Source: Bacteroidales bacterium (GTDB taxonomy: Bacteria > Bacteroidota > Bacteroidia > Bacteroidales > UBA7960). Taken from it: a stretch of DNA of 63,581 nt. The position numbers were made by a program, and so were the translations under genes. The notes under the pieces are model-generated. The model was not told where the DNA came from and made no database searches. It saw only the letters and a list, made by a program, of their open reading frames with translations. The stretch spans positions 17,298-80,878 of the forward strand of contig JBHEOF010000003.1 of NCBI GenBank assembly GCA_046261715.1, written 5' to 3'. Below are positions 38,905-48,892 of the stretch, piece by piece; positions within the stretch are counted from its first letter, which is position 1; the number at the start of each line of letters is the position of its first letter.

Positions 38905-39519
38905 TCACAAATTTAAAAGGGTTTTTGCTTTATTAATTTCCTCTAACTGGATGGTATGTGGCCGTCCCGGAAAGATCTCTTTGGTAACTTCTGCACCAAG
39001 ATCCTTCATTATTTTGTAAGTTTCTTCCGTGCGTTCCAGCGGAATATGGGGGTCGTTATCGCCATTGCTTAAGTAAACGGGGGTACCATTAAAATTTCCT
39101 TTGTAATCATTACCATTGGGTTCGGCACCAATTAAACCACCTGTAAAAATTCCTATTCCAGAAAATCTTCGTGCATTTCTTGATGTAACTTCCGCCGTAA
39201 GGCACGCTCCCTGAGAAAATCCTATTATATAAATTTTTTCTGTGGGGATGTATTCTTCAATATTACTGATCAGTTTATTAATGTTCTTCAGCGCACTGTC
39301 AAGCCATGGCTGGTTTTGTTCTTGCGGAGCCAGAAAACTCAGGGGGTACCAAACATACTTGTTTGCCTCCGGGGCCACCACATAGGTATTATGGGTTTCA
39401 AAAAAATCGGCCAGCGAGAGAATATCATCCGGGGGAGCACCCCTGCCGTGTATGAGTATTATGGCTTTTTCTGCCTCTTTCAATGGTGTTCCCCTTTCAA
39501 CGATATTATAACTATGCAT
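38905..39519 (-). CDS. Phospholipase/carboxylesterase-family alpha/beta hydrolase
   Basis: 204 aa with the nucleophile elbow GFSQGA and downstream Asp/His (NGDNDPHIP and GRPHTI), as in the Abhydrolase_2 family. Confidence 0.75.
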   Translation of the reverse strand: MHSYNIVERGTPLKEAEKAIILIHGRGAPPDDILSLADFFETHNTYVVAPEANKYVWYPLSFLAPQEQNQPWLDSALKNINKLISNIEEYIPTEKIYIIGFSQGACLTAEVTSRNARRFSGIGIFTGGLIGAEPNGNDYKGNFNGTPVYLSNGDNDPHIPLERTEETYKIMKDLGAEVTKEIFPGRPHTIQLEEINKAKTLLNL

Positions 39520-39701
39520 TTGCAGGTGAATTATGAATTGAAACTAACTTTATTTACTAATATTCCAACAAGCTTTTACGGCAAAGGTTTAGTAAGGAGT
39601 CTGGTTATTAAATGCACTAAAAAATATTATTTTATTATGATACATTAACAATATTTTAGAAATCATGACCGTTATTATATAAAAGACCGGATTTTATCGC
39701 T

Positions 39702-39715
39702 CTTTGTGCACAAAG
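39702..39715. promoter_or_regulatory. Perfect 14-bp palindrome CTTTGTGCACAAAG upstream of tonB-like gene (candidate operator)
   Basis: Read directly from the sequence, 47 nt upstream of the ATG at 39762. Confidence 0.35.
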
Positions 39716-39761
39716 TGTTGATTAGCATTCATAATTGATTTATAAACCAAAATCTGAAGCT

Positions 39762-40439
39762 ATGGACACAAAAAAATCTCCCCGTAAAAACCTGGAAAAC
39801 AAGAGGAGCTTGTTTCTGGAAGTCGGTTTTGTGCTGGTACTGGCATTCGTACTGCTTGCCTTTCAGTATAGGGTAACCGAAAGATCAAAAATTATAATTC
39901 CGGATAGCGGGCAAAACTGGGTTGATCATGATTATATACCACCCAATATTCCCAAGCCTCCTCCGCCACCTCCGCCGGAGTCCCATGAAATTATAACTGC
40001 TCCGGATGATCTGGTAAATGATGATTATTTTCCTAAGGTGGATATTGATGCTTTTCCTGATGTTGTTGTGCCTGATTATCCGCAAATTGAAATTATTGAT
40101 GAAAAGCCAGATCCAACTGATGATGTCTTTGTCTTTGTGGAAGTAATGCCCGAATTTCCTGGAGGAGAGACAGAACTCTTCAGATATTTCAGACAAACTA
40201 TTCGTTATCCCAGAATGGCACAGGAAGTTGGGCTCGAAGGAATCGTTATAATTGGTTTTATTGTGGAAAGGGATGGAAGTATAAGCAATGTTCATGTAAA
40301 GAGAGGAATTGGTGGGGGTTGTGATGAAGAGGCACTCAGGGCAGTAAAAAACATGCCAAACTGGATTCCGGGCCGTCAAGGTACACAAGCTGTAAGGGTA
40401 AGATATACTGTGCCGGTGACTTTCAGACTGAACAGATAA
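39762..40439 (+). CDS. tonB: Energy transducer TonB-family protein
   Basis: It has an N-terminal TM anchor, a Pro-rich spacer (PPNIPKPPPPPPPE) and a C-terminal TonB domain (MPEFPGGETELFRYFRQTIRYPRMAQEVGLEGIVIIGFIVERDGSISNVHV). The ATG at 39762 is preferred over the TTG at 39735. Confidence 0.88.
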   Translation: MDTKKSPRKNLENKRSLFLEVGFVLVLAFVLLAFQYRVTERSKIIIPDSGQNWVDHDYIPPNIPKPPPPPPPESHEIITAPDDLVNDDYFPKVDIDAFPDVVVPDYPQIEIIDEKPDPTDDVFVFVEVMPEFPGGETELFRYFRQTIRYPRMAQEVGLEGIVIIGFIVERDGSISNVHVKRGIGGGCDEEALRAVKNMPNWIPGRQGTQAVRVRYTVPVTFRLNR

Positions 40440-40467
40440 TTAACATTCTTCATAGTTTAGAAAAAGG

Positions 40468-40499
40468 AAAGGCTGCAATTCTTCATGAATGCAGCCTTT
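40468..40499. terminator. Bidirectional stem-loop terminator between convergent genes
   Basis: AAAGGCTGCA-N12-TGCAGCCTTT forms a 10-bp stem. A-rich sequence lies 5' of it and T-rich sequence 3' of it. Confidence 0.6.
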
Positions 40500-40523
40500 C
40501 TGTCTTTTATGAAAGCATTGTTT

Positions 40524-42557
40524 CTACATCAAATACCTCTCCAGCCAGTTATGTAACTCTTCATACCAGTAAATGGAATTTTGCGGAGTGAGTATCCAGT
40601 GGCTTTCATCGGGGTAATAAACCAGGCGGGCATCCAGGCCCATTCCTTTATAAATGCCGTAAACCAGCAAGCCGTGCGCAACAGATACCCTGTAATCCCT
40701 TTCGCCATGAATTACCAGCATGGGTGTTTTGAAATTGTGGGCAAACTGCGAAGGATTCTGAGAGTTCAGGATATCAAAATTTTCCCAGGGGGTGCCGCCA
40801 TACTGATATCCTCTGTTGCCTGAATAATCTGAAGCAAACTGCAGGTGCAGATCATAAACTCCCGCATGATTAACCAATGCCGCATATCTGTCGGTATGGC
40901 CGGCAATCCAGCTTACCATATAGCCACCATAACTGCCTCCGGTCGCTGCCATACGGGTTTCATCAATAAAGCCACGTTCAATCATATAATCAGTGCCCTT
41001 CATTATATCCATGAAGGGTTTGTTGGCATGCTCCCCATGAATGGAGATAGCAAAATTTTGTCCGAATGTTGTTGATCCGTGGAAGTTGGGCATAGCCACA
41101 ACATAACCCGGTGCAGCAAAAAGGTGTGCATTCCAGCGGTAATGCCAGAAATTTCCAAAAGTTCCGTGCGGCCCGCCATGAATCATAAGCACAAGGGGAT
41201 ATTTTTTGTTGGGATCAAAATCGGGAGGATATACAATGAACATTTGCACATCGGCACCGTCAGCTCCTTTATAGGTTACATCTTCAACCCGGCCAAAGTT
41301 AATATCAGCAAGGCGTTCTTCGTTGAATCGGGTAAGTTGCGTGAGATTGCGACCGCGGTTATCTATCTTGTAAATTTCAGTGGGCTGATCGAGATTATGA
41401 TGCGCAAAAACCAGATCGCGGCCACGATTCCCGGCAATACTAACATTGCCGTTGGTGCCATCGCCGAAAATCATTGTATGCTCCCCTCCACTGGCAGGTA
41501 TACTGAAAATAGCGTTTTGTGCATTAAGGCCTGCGTGGAAGTAAATGGTTTTTCCATCGCTCGACCATTTCCAGTTGGAGAATGAAAGGTCAATATCTGA
41601 TGAAAGATTGGTAAAGGCTCCGTTGCTGCGGTTGTATTTTACCAATTCAACCTTATCGGCATAAAAATGATAGATATTTTGTTTCCCGTAAAGGATAAAG
41701 TTTCCGTCAGGACTGTAAACGGGGTTAAGATCATTGGCTGGATTATCCGCTGTAATATTTGTTAATCTGCCACTTCCATCTGCAGTAAGAAGAAAAATTG
41801 CATAATTGGTGTTGTCGTATGGGGGTTCTGTTGAATTCATGCTAACGGCAATTTCTTTTCCATCCGGAGAAATATCATAACTAACCCCACCCATCATGTT
41901 GAAATAATTTACAGTATTGGGCATAAGGTCAGTTACCTCTTTGCTGTTTACATCTACGCTGAAAAGCCTTGGGTAGTAGCCATCAGTAAGCCAGCGATCC
42001 CAAAAGCGGTACATGGTATTTTCGGTTACTTTGGCTGTTACCTTGCTTTCTTTTTTGTCATCTATCAGCTTTTTGAGTTTTTCGAAATCGCCATCATAGT
42101 CAGGCAGAATATTGGCAGCAAAAGCAATCCGGTCACCCGTGGGAAACCATTTTAGGGAAAATACTCCAACCGGCAAATCGGTAATCTTCCGGGCTTCGCC
42201 ACCTTTTTCCAGATTCATTATGTAAACCTGTCCGGGTCCATCGTGCCGGCGCGACACAAAAGCAATTTCTTCACCATCGGGGCTCCATACCGGAGAACCT
42301 TCTTTACCTGAGTAAGTAATCTGCCGGGTTGTACCCTCATCAATATTCAGCAGGAAAAGGTCGGTAGTTGATGTGTTTTTGTCAATTTCATACTCTGTAA
42401 CAGGAAAAACAGCATATTTTCCATCGGGTGATACATCAAAACTGCCGACACGCTCCATCTGCCACATTTTTTCAGCGGTAAATGTTTGCGACTGCGCACC
42501 TGCTAAAATGGAAATGCAGGCTAATACCAGGGTAAGAAAACTTTTCATCTTATTCAT
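40524..42557 (-). CDS. S9-family serine peptidase (prolyl oligopeptidase/acylaminoacyl-peptidase type) with N-terminal beta-propeller
   Basis: 677 aa with a signal peptide and TolB/WD40-like propeller repeats (SPDGK...). The catalytic Ser lies in GGSYGGYM, with Asp/His in the C-terminus (HGERDYRV and DESHWI). Confidence 0.88.
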   Translation of the reverse strand: MNKMKSFLTLVLACISILAGAQSQTFTAEKMWQMERVGSFDVSPDGKYAVFPVTEYEIDKNTSTTDLFLLNIDEGTTRQITYSGKEGSPVWSPDGEEIAFVSRRHDGPGQVYIMNLEKGGEARKITDLPVGVFSLKWFPTGDRIAFAANILPDYDGDFEKLKKLIDDKKESKVTAKVTENTMYRFWDRWLTDGYYPRLFSVDVNSKEVTDLMPNTVNYFNMMGGVSYDISPDGKEIAVSMNSTEPPYDNTNYAIFLLTADGSGRLTNITADNPANDLNPVYSPDGNFILYGKQNIYHFYADKVELVKYNRSNGAFTNLSSDIDLSFSNWKWSSDGKTIYFHAGLNAQNAIFSIPASGGEHTMIFGDGTNGNVSIAGNRGRDLVFAHHNLDQPTEIYKIDNRGRNLTQLTRFNEERLADINFGRVEDVTYKGADGADVQMFIVYPPDFDPNKKYPLVLMIHGGPHGTFGNFWHYRWNAHLFAAPGYVVAMPNFHGSTTFGQNFAISIHGEHANKPFMDIMKGTDYMIERGFIDETRMAATGGSYGGYMVSWIAGHTDRYAALVNHAGVYDLHLQFASDYSGNRGYQYGGTPWENFDILNSQNPSQFAHNFKTPMLVIHGERDYRVSVAHGLLVYGIYKGMGLDARLVYYPDESHWILTPQNSIYWYEELHNWLERYLM

Positions 42558-42727
42558 TTTTTCAGATTTTGTGTATATAATGACATTAAATTAACTTTGG
42601 ATCTCAGTGCATTGAAATTCAAATCAATCAAAGGCAGCAAAGAAAAACCATTGTGTCCTGATTTCCAAGAAAAAGAAGGCAATTTGATTTTTTTAAGAAA
42701 CAGAAATTCCAACATTGACCAGTTGTC

Positions 42728-43492
42728 CTATTTTTCCAGAAAATTCCTAACGATTTTCAGAAATTCATCCGGTTTTTCTGCATGCAGCCAATGTGATGCA
42801 TCATCAATCGTTTCTATTTCAAAATCCGAAAAAAGTTCTTCTATCCTGGGTATATGCACATCAGTAATATAAGGGCTGTCGGCGCCGCGGATAAAAAGTG
42901 CAGGTTTTTCAAAGGGCTTGTCAGAATCAAGAGCGCGGAAAATTTCCGGTAAGTTTTCATGTATAACCTCCAGGTTGGCCTTCCAGCCAAGCGATGAGCG
43001 GTCTTTCCAGTAAAGATTCTTCAGGAGAAACTGGCGAATACGCGGATTATCAATCTTTTCTTTAAGGTCTTTGTCAACTTCTGATCGTGAGCTGTATTTT
43101 GAAAGATCAACCGACAACATGGCTTCAATGAGCTTATCATGCTTATGGTTATATTCATCGGGACTGATATCGGCTATAATCAGTTTGTCAACTTTTTCAG
43201 GATAATCGAAACTGAACTGCATAGCAGTTTTACCACCCATGCTATGCCCGAGTAGGTAAGCACTTTCCATCTCAAGGGTATCCATAAACTCCAGCAGATC
43301 GTCGACCATGGCGTGGTAGTTGAAAATTTCATGTCTGTGCGAACGCCCATGGTTGCGCTGGTCAACAGCATATACCGAGAACTTATCTGCAAGTTTGCGC
43401 GATATACTAATCCAGTTATCGAGCATGCCAAATAATCCATGCAGAATAATTAAAGGGTGCCCCGAACCTTCATGCTGATAGTTCAATTCCAT
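42728..43492 (-). CDS. Alpha/beta-fold hydrolase (YbfF-like esterase)
   Basis: 254 aa with LIILHGLFGMLDNW, DQRNHGRS, the nucleophile elbow GHSMGG and a C-terminal ASHWLH. Confidence 0.8.
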   Translation of the reverse strand: MELNYQHEGSGHPLIILHGLFGMLDNWISISRKLADKFSVYAVDQRNHGRSHRHEIFNYHAMVDDLLEFMDTLEMESAYLLGHSMGGKTAMQFSFDYPEKVDKLIIADISPDEYNHKHDKLIEAMLSVDLSKYSSRSEVDKDLKEKIDNPRIRQFLLKNLYWKDRSSLGWKANLEVIHENLPEIFRALDSDKPFEKPALFIRGADSPYITDVHIPRIEELFSDFEIETIDDASHWLHAEKPDEFLKIVRNFLEK

Positions 43493-43554
43493 AAATTAAT
43501 TGTTTAGAATCATCGGAAACCAACTTTTCCTCAATCTCAATCTCAACCTTAATC

Positions 43555-44280
43555 TTAAACTCCTCCAGCCTTCAATTCCCTCAAATACATTTGAATCGTA
43601 TTCTCCAGACCAAAATACAGCGCATCTGAAATGAGTGCGTGACCGATGGAAACTTCAAGCAGATTGGGAATGTTATGTGCAAAATATTTCAGATTATCGA
43701 GGTTCAGGTCATGCCCCGCATTGATTCCCAATCCGGCTTCTGTTGCGGCTTCAGCTGCCATGATAAATGGTTCAATGGCTTGCTCCTTGTTTTTAGAGAA
43801 ATTAGCAGCATATGGTTCGGTGTAAAGTTCTACCCGGTTGGTGCCGGTTTCAGCTGCTTTGAAAATTCTTTCAGGATCAGTTTCAATAAAAATGGATGTT
43901 CTGATATTATTTGCCTGGAATTCAGCAATTACTTCTTTAAGTAAATCAAAATGCTTTATGGTATCCCAACCGGCATTGGATGTAAGTGCATTGGGTGGAT
44001 CGGGAACGAGAGTAACCTGTGCAGGTTGCACTTCAATTACAAGGTTCATAAACTTACTTGTTGGGTAACCCTCAATATTAAACTCAGTAGTTAGAACAGG
44101 CTTCAGATCATACACATCCTTACGGCGTATGTGCCTTTCATCGGGACGGGGGTGCACTGTTATGCCTTGTGCGCCAAATCTTTCACAATCAATAGCTGCT
44201 TTTACAACATCAGGTATATTTCCGCCCCTTGCATTGCGGATTGTTGCTATTTTATTTAAATTTACACTTAATCGGGTCAT
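43555..44280 (-). CDS. pdxJ: Pyridoxine 5'-phosphate synthase
   Basis: The N-terminus is [21 protein letters not shown], followed by [12 protein letters not shown] and [13 protein letters not shown]. The ATG at 44280 gives 241 aa. Confidence 0.92.
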   Translation of the reverse strand: MTRLSVNLNKIATIRNARGGNIPDVVKAAIDCERFGAQGITVHPRPDERHIRRKDVYDLKPVLTTEFNIEGYPTSKFMNLVIEVQPAQVTLVPDPPNALTSNAGWDTIKHFDLLKEVIAEFQANNIRTSIFIETDPERIFKAAETGTNRVELYTEPYAANFSKNKEQAIEPFIMAAEAATEAGLGINAGHDLNLDNLKYFAHNIPNLLEVSIGHALISDALYFGLENTIQMYLRELKAGGV

Positions 44281-44491
44281 CAGGATGTTTTTTATACATT
44301 TACACAAAGCTAAGAAACATTCATGATAATTTGTTTATCGAAACTTCATCTGTAAATTATTTTTCAGGAAGTGAACGTTGTGAATAAAAATTTCGTTTAT
44401 AAGATATAGAAGTACTGACATGCAGGAAGAATCTACATTATTGTTCAGGTAGATATTTCTTAAAAACCTGCTTATAAGTCAGGCAAAACAT

Positions 44492-44499
44492 TAATTTTG
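44492..44499 (+). promoter_or_regulatory. Candidate -7 promoter box (TAnnTTTG)
   Basis: TAATTTTG lies 21 nt upstream of the ATG at 44520. Confidence 0.35.
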
Positions 44500-44519
44500 T
44501 AGAATAAATAAGATATTTT

Positions 44520-45185
44520 ATGTTAGCTAATGAGCTCATAAGTGATATTATAATGCCACTTCGTACATCAGATACCGGCAATACCGCACTCAACTGGATG
44601 GATGAGTTGCGTATTTCTCATTTGCCAATTGTTAATAATGAAAATTTCCTGGGTCTTGTTTCTGAAAAAGATATTTTTGAATTGAATGATCCTGATGAAC
44701 CCATCGGAAACTATCAATTGTCGCTGGTGCGGCCCTATGTGTATAATGATCAGCATCTTTATGAAGTGATAAGAGTAATGTCAGCCCTGGAATTATCTTT
44801 GGTGCCGGTTCTCGATGAACATGATAACTATCTTGGGTGTATTACCCAGGCCAGTTTGCTAAAGGAAATAGCCCAGGCGGGATCCATTGATCAGCCCGGT
44901 GGTATTATTGTTCTGCAAATGAATGTTGCCGATTATTCTTTGCATGAAATATCAAGAATCGTTGAATCAAACGATGCTAAAATTCTAAGCTGCGGAATTC
45001 GTACTTTTGGCGAGAGTAATATGATTGAAGTTACACTTAAGCTGAATAAAATAGATGTGTCTCCGGTTCTTCAGACTTTTAACCGCTATGAGTACCAGAT
45101 TTCCGCATCATTTTCTGAGGAAAATAACTATGATGATTTGCTAAAAGAGCGGTTTGGCGCATTAATGAACTATTTGAATATTTGA
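44520..45185 (+). CDS. CBS-domain pair protein
   Basis: 221 aa with two CBS-like units (LPIVNNENFLGLVSEKDI and LVPVLDEHDNYLGCITQASLL) and a C-terminal ACT-like region. Confidence 0.7.
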   Translation: MLANELISDIIMPLRTSDTGNTALNWMDELRISHLPIVNNENFLGLVSEKDIFELNDPDEPIGNYQLSLVRPYVYNDQHLYEVIRVMSALELSLVPVLDEHDNYLGCITQASLLKEIAQAGSIDQPGGIIVLQMNVADYSLHEISRIVESNDAKILSCGIRTFGESNMIEVTLKLNKIDVSPVLQTFNRYEYQISASFSEENNYDDLLKERFGALMNYLNI

Positions 45186-45203
45186 TATAACCAAAACAAA
45201 AAC

Positions 45204-46682
45204 ATGATATCCCGTACCATTTTTTACATTTTTCTGGTCGGGTTTAATTTAACCGGTCTTTTTGCCCAGGTGCACCTTGCAGCTCTTGAGCATGGGTCAT
45301 TTATGAAACGATACGACTTTCATGAAGCCATACCCGATGACCTTATATCTTCTGATTATATTGTTATCCAGGATATAGAATTTGAAGGCAATAATGCCAC
45401 CCGTCAGCATATTTTGTCTCGCGAACTGGTTTTTTCACCGGGAGATACTATAGCCAAAGAAGATCTTTCACTTTTACTGGAGCAAAGTCGCGAAAACTTA
45501 CTGAATACCTCTCTGTTTAATTTCGTAAATGTATCTTTATTTGTTCATGACTTTTTGCCTGCAGCCAATGTAAGGTTTACATTCGTAGAACGCTGGTACA
45601 TATGGCCTTTCCCTATCTTTGAAGTTGCCGAACGAAATTTAAATGACTGGATCAGTAATCCATCTTTCTATCGAACCAACTATGGGGCTTATATCGTAAA
45701 AGAAAACTTCAGGGGGCGCATGGAACGATTAAGCATCCTGGCGCGTGCCGGTTACCGGCAGAACTACAGTATAAATTATATTATTCCTTACATCAACCAG
45801 GCACAGAAACTGGGGCTGGCATTCAATGTAGGTATAAACCTGCGCAATGAAATTGAATATCTTACCCAGGATAACATACAGTTGTTTTACTCAGAAGATG
45901 GAGTAAATGCGCTAAGCCACTTTTATGCCAATTCAAGAATTTTATACAGGGATGGTATTCATCATACACACAATTTAAGTCTCGGGTATAACGATTTTCG
46001 TTTCGCTGATTCATTACTGGTGCTCAATCCACAGTTCTCTCCCGGTTCCGAAACCCGTGCCCCGTTTTTTTCAATAGGGTATGAATTTAAAAATGATCAC
46101 CGAGATATCAGGGCATATCCATTACGTGGGTATTACTTTGACATTCGTCTTCAAAGACAAGGCTTAGGGTTGCTTAGAAATGAGAAGATGGATATGACAA
46201 CTGCAGAATCGTCAATTCGCAGATTCTGGGAAATAAGTCCACGATGGTTCTTTGCTGCCGGCGTAAATGCCAAGGTATCTTTTGGTGATTTCCAACCCTA
46301 TTATCTGCAAAGAGGGTTGGGATTTAAAGGAGATATTGTAAGAGGCTATGAAAATTTTGTTATTGACGGACAGCATTTTGCAGTGCTTAAGTCCAATTTT
46401 AAATACTCTTTAATTCCCAATACAGTTACTCGAATAGGCTTCATTAATAATGAAAAGTTTTCATTGATACATTATGCTTTGTATGTAAACTTTTTTGCTG
46501 ATATTGGTTTTGTGCGCGACACTTATTTTTTCCAGGGAAATCCCTACTCCAATACTCCTTTGGGTGGTGCCGGTATAGGCCTTGACCTGGTTACTTATTA
46601 CGACAAAGTTTTCAGAACCGAGTTTTCTGTTACCCGCCATGGCGATGTAGGGGTTTACCTGCATCTGATTGCCCCCATTTGA
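45204..46682 (+). CDS. BamA/TamA-family outer-membrane protein (POTRA + surface-antigen beta-barrel)
   Basis: 492 aa with a signal peptide. The POTRA-like segment is IQDIEFEGNNATRQHILSRELVFSPGDT. The C-terminal half is beta-barrel-like. Confidence 0.65.
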   Translation: MISRTIFYIFLVGFNLTGLFAQVHLAALEHGSFMKRYDFHEAIPDDLISSDYIVIQDIEFEGNNATRQHILSRELVFSPGDTIAKEDLSLLLEQSRENLLNTSLFNFVNVSLFVHDFLPAANVRFTFVERWYIWPFPIFEVAERNLNDWISNPSFYRTNYGAYIVKENFRGRMERLSILARAGYRQNYSINYIIPYINQAQKLGLAFNVGINLRNEIEYLTQDNIQLFYSEDGVNALSHFYANSRILYRDGIHHTHNLSLGYNDFRFADSLLVLNPQFSPGSETRAPFFSIGYEFKNDHRDIRAYPLRGYYFDIRLQRQGLGLLRNEKMDMTTAESSIRRFWEISPRWFFAAGVNAKVSFGDFQPYYLQRGLGFKGDIVRGYENFVIDGQHFAVLKSNFKYSLIPNTVTRIGFINNEKFSLIHYALYVNFFADIGFVRDTYFFQGNPYSNTPLGGAGIGLDLVTYYDKVFRTEFSVTRHGDVGVYLHLIAPI

Positions 46683-46794
46683 TTCTTGTCTCAAAAAATT
46701 TACATTTTTTATTACCTGGTCAAAATGGGTTTATATTCTTTTGAAAAAAATTCAAAAGAACATATATATTTTTTTTGTGGCTGAAAAAAACCAT

Positions 46795-46802
46795 TAATTT
46801 TG
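46795..46802 (+). promoter_or_regulatory. Candidate -7 promoter box (TAnnTTTG) giving a ~180-nt leader
   Basis: TAATTTTG lies 186 nt upstream of the MFS gene ATG at 46988. Confidence 0.3.
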
Positions 46803-46862
46803 AAGCTCTTTAAAAATCAAATGTTTTACTCTTTTCAAAAAAAAACATTTGTAAGCAGTGCC

Positions 46863-46907
46863 CTGAAGTTTCTGTTTAAATGAATCTAAAATGCTTCAGT
46901 TTTTTTT
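46863..46907 (+). terminator. Terminator-like hairpin plus U-tract inside the MFS-gene leader (possible attenuator or sRNA 3' end)
   Basis: CTGAAG-N25-CTTCAG is followed by TTTTTTTT. The stem is only 6 bp and the loop is large, so this is weak evidence. Confidence 0.3.
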
Positions 46908-46987
46908 GTTATTGCAGCTGCATCACCCCGAATTGTGGTTTGCCTGAATATTGGAACTAAAAGGATTTTTAATTTTATCTCACAAGA

Positions 46988-48772
46988 ATGAAAACCAGAC
47001 CTCGCCTAAGTTTTTGGCAAATTTGGAATATGAGTTTTGGATTTTTAGGAATTCAGTTCGGATTTGCCCTTCAGAATGCCAATGTCAGTAGAATTTTTGA
47101 AACTCTCGGTGCCCAGGTGGAAGCCATCCCGGTTCTTTGGATTGCAGCTCCTGTAACCGGACTGATTATTCAACCCATAGTGGGTTATACGAGTGACAAT
47201 ACCTGGACCCGGTTAGGACGACGAAGGCCGTTTTTCCTTTTTGGTGCCATTGGTGCGGCTATTGCCCTTGTGTTGCTGCCCAATGCTCCGCTGTTGTGGA
47301 TAGCTGTGGGTATTTTCTGGATTTTGGGTGCCAGCATCGACATGTGTATGGAACCTTTCAGAGCCTTTGTAGGTGATATGCTCCCACCTGAACAGCGAAA
47401 CAGGGGTTTTGCCATGCAGAGTTTTTTTATTGGCACAGGCTCAATTGTTGCATCGATATTACCCTGGCTTCTAACCAATGTATTAAACGTAGCAAATATA
47501 TCACCTGAAGGAAAGGTTCCTCCATCGGTTACCATATCATTTCTCATTGGAGGGGCAGTGCTTCTGGGCGCTATACTTGTAACGGTAACCCGCACAAAGG
47601 AATACACTCCCGAGCAATTAAAAGAATTCGAAGAGCTTGAAAAAGGAGCCGACAGAGTAAAAGAAGATCACAAGTCAAGCGAAGTACTTCCATACCATAA
47701 ATTCAGTAATCCCTCAGTTTACTGGATTATCCTGGGAGCAGTGCTTACATTTTTGGTGGCCAGGTACGATTTTATCCGTGCTGATCTTTACATTCTGGGT
47801 ATTGGTTTTATCTTTTTTGGTGTTATTCAGTTCATCGCCGGGCAATTGATTCGCAGAAATAAAACTGATAATGGCTTTGTGGTTGTTTTAAATGATTTGT
47901 TTCGTATGCCCAAAACAATGGGGCAGCTTGCTGTAGTGCAGTTTTTTTCATGGGTGGGCTTGTTTACACTATGGACATTTGCTACCCCGGGCATTACCAG
48001 CCATCATTATGATATGAAACTATCGCCAAATGAAGTAATGACCCTTGCATCTTCACTGGATCAGGTTGATGCGATCGGGGACGAAGATCTCAGTCAGCGT
48101 GCCCAGGCCATTCAAAATGATCTTGATTTCTATATGGAACAGATTGAAGAGGGCAAACCGGAAATTGTAATTTCGATGCGTGTGGTAAGGTTCTTTCAGC
48201 GCTTCAAAGACGACCTGTTTCTGCCAGCTACTATTCAGCATGAACTTATGCGGGTTGATGAAGAATACAATCGCGGTGCCAACTGGGTGGGATTTTCCTT
48301 TGCCATATACAATGGTATTGCAGCATTATTTGCTTTTCTGATTCCTTTCCTTGCCCGTTGGACAAACCGCAGATATACGCATGCTATGGCACTTACAATG
48401 GGTTCCCTGGGTTATTTGTCAATCCTTATTGTTCCTAACCCAACCTGGATTATTGCTTCAATGATAGGTGTGGGTATTGCCTGGGCCAGTATTCTGGCTA
48501 TGCCTTATGCTATCCTTACCGGGTCGCTGCCATCACATAAAATGGGAACTTACATGGGGTTATTCAATATCTTTATTGTGATGCCACAAATTGTTGCTGC
48601 CAGTGTGCTGGGATCATTTATAAGTATTGTTGCCAAAGGGCAGCCCATTTACGGGTTGGTATTTGGCGGGGTTTCTCTTTTCATTGGCGCAATCATGATG
48701 ATCTTTGTGGTGCATGATCCTGATGAGGAGATGATTAAAAAACGTTATGAAGAGCTTGATGCGGGCATCTGA
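46988..48772 (+). CDS. MFS/GPH-type sugar:H+ symporter (SLC45/sucrose-maltose transporter-like)
   Basis: 594 aa. The N-terminus is FWQIWNMSFGFLGIQFGFALQ...GYTSDNTWTRLGRRRPFFLFG (the RRRPF motif of the SLC45/SUT family). It has about 12 TMs plus a ~95-aa hydrophilic insert. It is adjacent to malQ. Confidence 0.75.
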   Translation: MKTRPRLSFWQIWNMSFGFLGIQFGFALQNANVSRIFETLGAQVEAIPVLWIAAPVTGLIIQPIVGYTSDNTWTRLGRRRPFFLFGAIGAAIALVLLPNAPLLWIAVGIFWILGASIDMCMEPFRAFVGDMLPPEQRNRGFAMQSFFIGTGSIVASILPWLLTNVLNVANISPEGKVPPSVTISFLIGGAVLLGAILVTVTRTKEYTPEQLKEFEELEKGADRVKEDHKSSEVLPYHKFSNPSVYWIILGAVLTFLVARYDFIRADLYILGIGFIFFGVIQFIAGQLIRRNKTDNGFVVVLNDLFRMPKTMGQLAVVQFFSWVGLFTLWTFATPGITSHHYDMKLSPNEVMTLASSLDQVDAIGDEDLSQRAQAIQNDLDFYMEQIEEGKPEIVISMRVVRFFQRFKDDLFLPATIQHELMRVDEEYNRGANWVGFSFAIYNGIAALFAFLIPFLARWTNRRYTHAMALTMGSLGYLSILIVPNPTWIIASMIGVGIAWASILAMPYAILTGSLPSHKMGTYMGLFNIFIVMPQIVAASVLGSFISIVAKGQPIYGLVFGGVSLFIGAIMMIFVVHDPDEEMIKKRYEELDAGI

Positions 48773-48892
48773 TGTGAATTTAAAAATAATTACAGAGTGC
48801 AAAGAATGATCAGGTAATGATACATACACCTGAATAATTATTCTTTGGTAATCAGTCGAAGATCATTTAACTATAAAACGGATTAAAATATT

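Noticed and set aside
39885-40388. 167-aa ORF antisense to the TonB gene
   Set aside because: It is entirely nested antisense in a CDS with strong TonB motifs. Its translation is low-complexity (RRRWRRR, from the proline-codon run).
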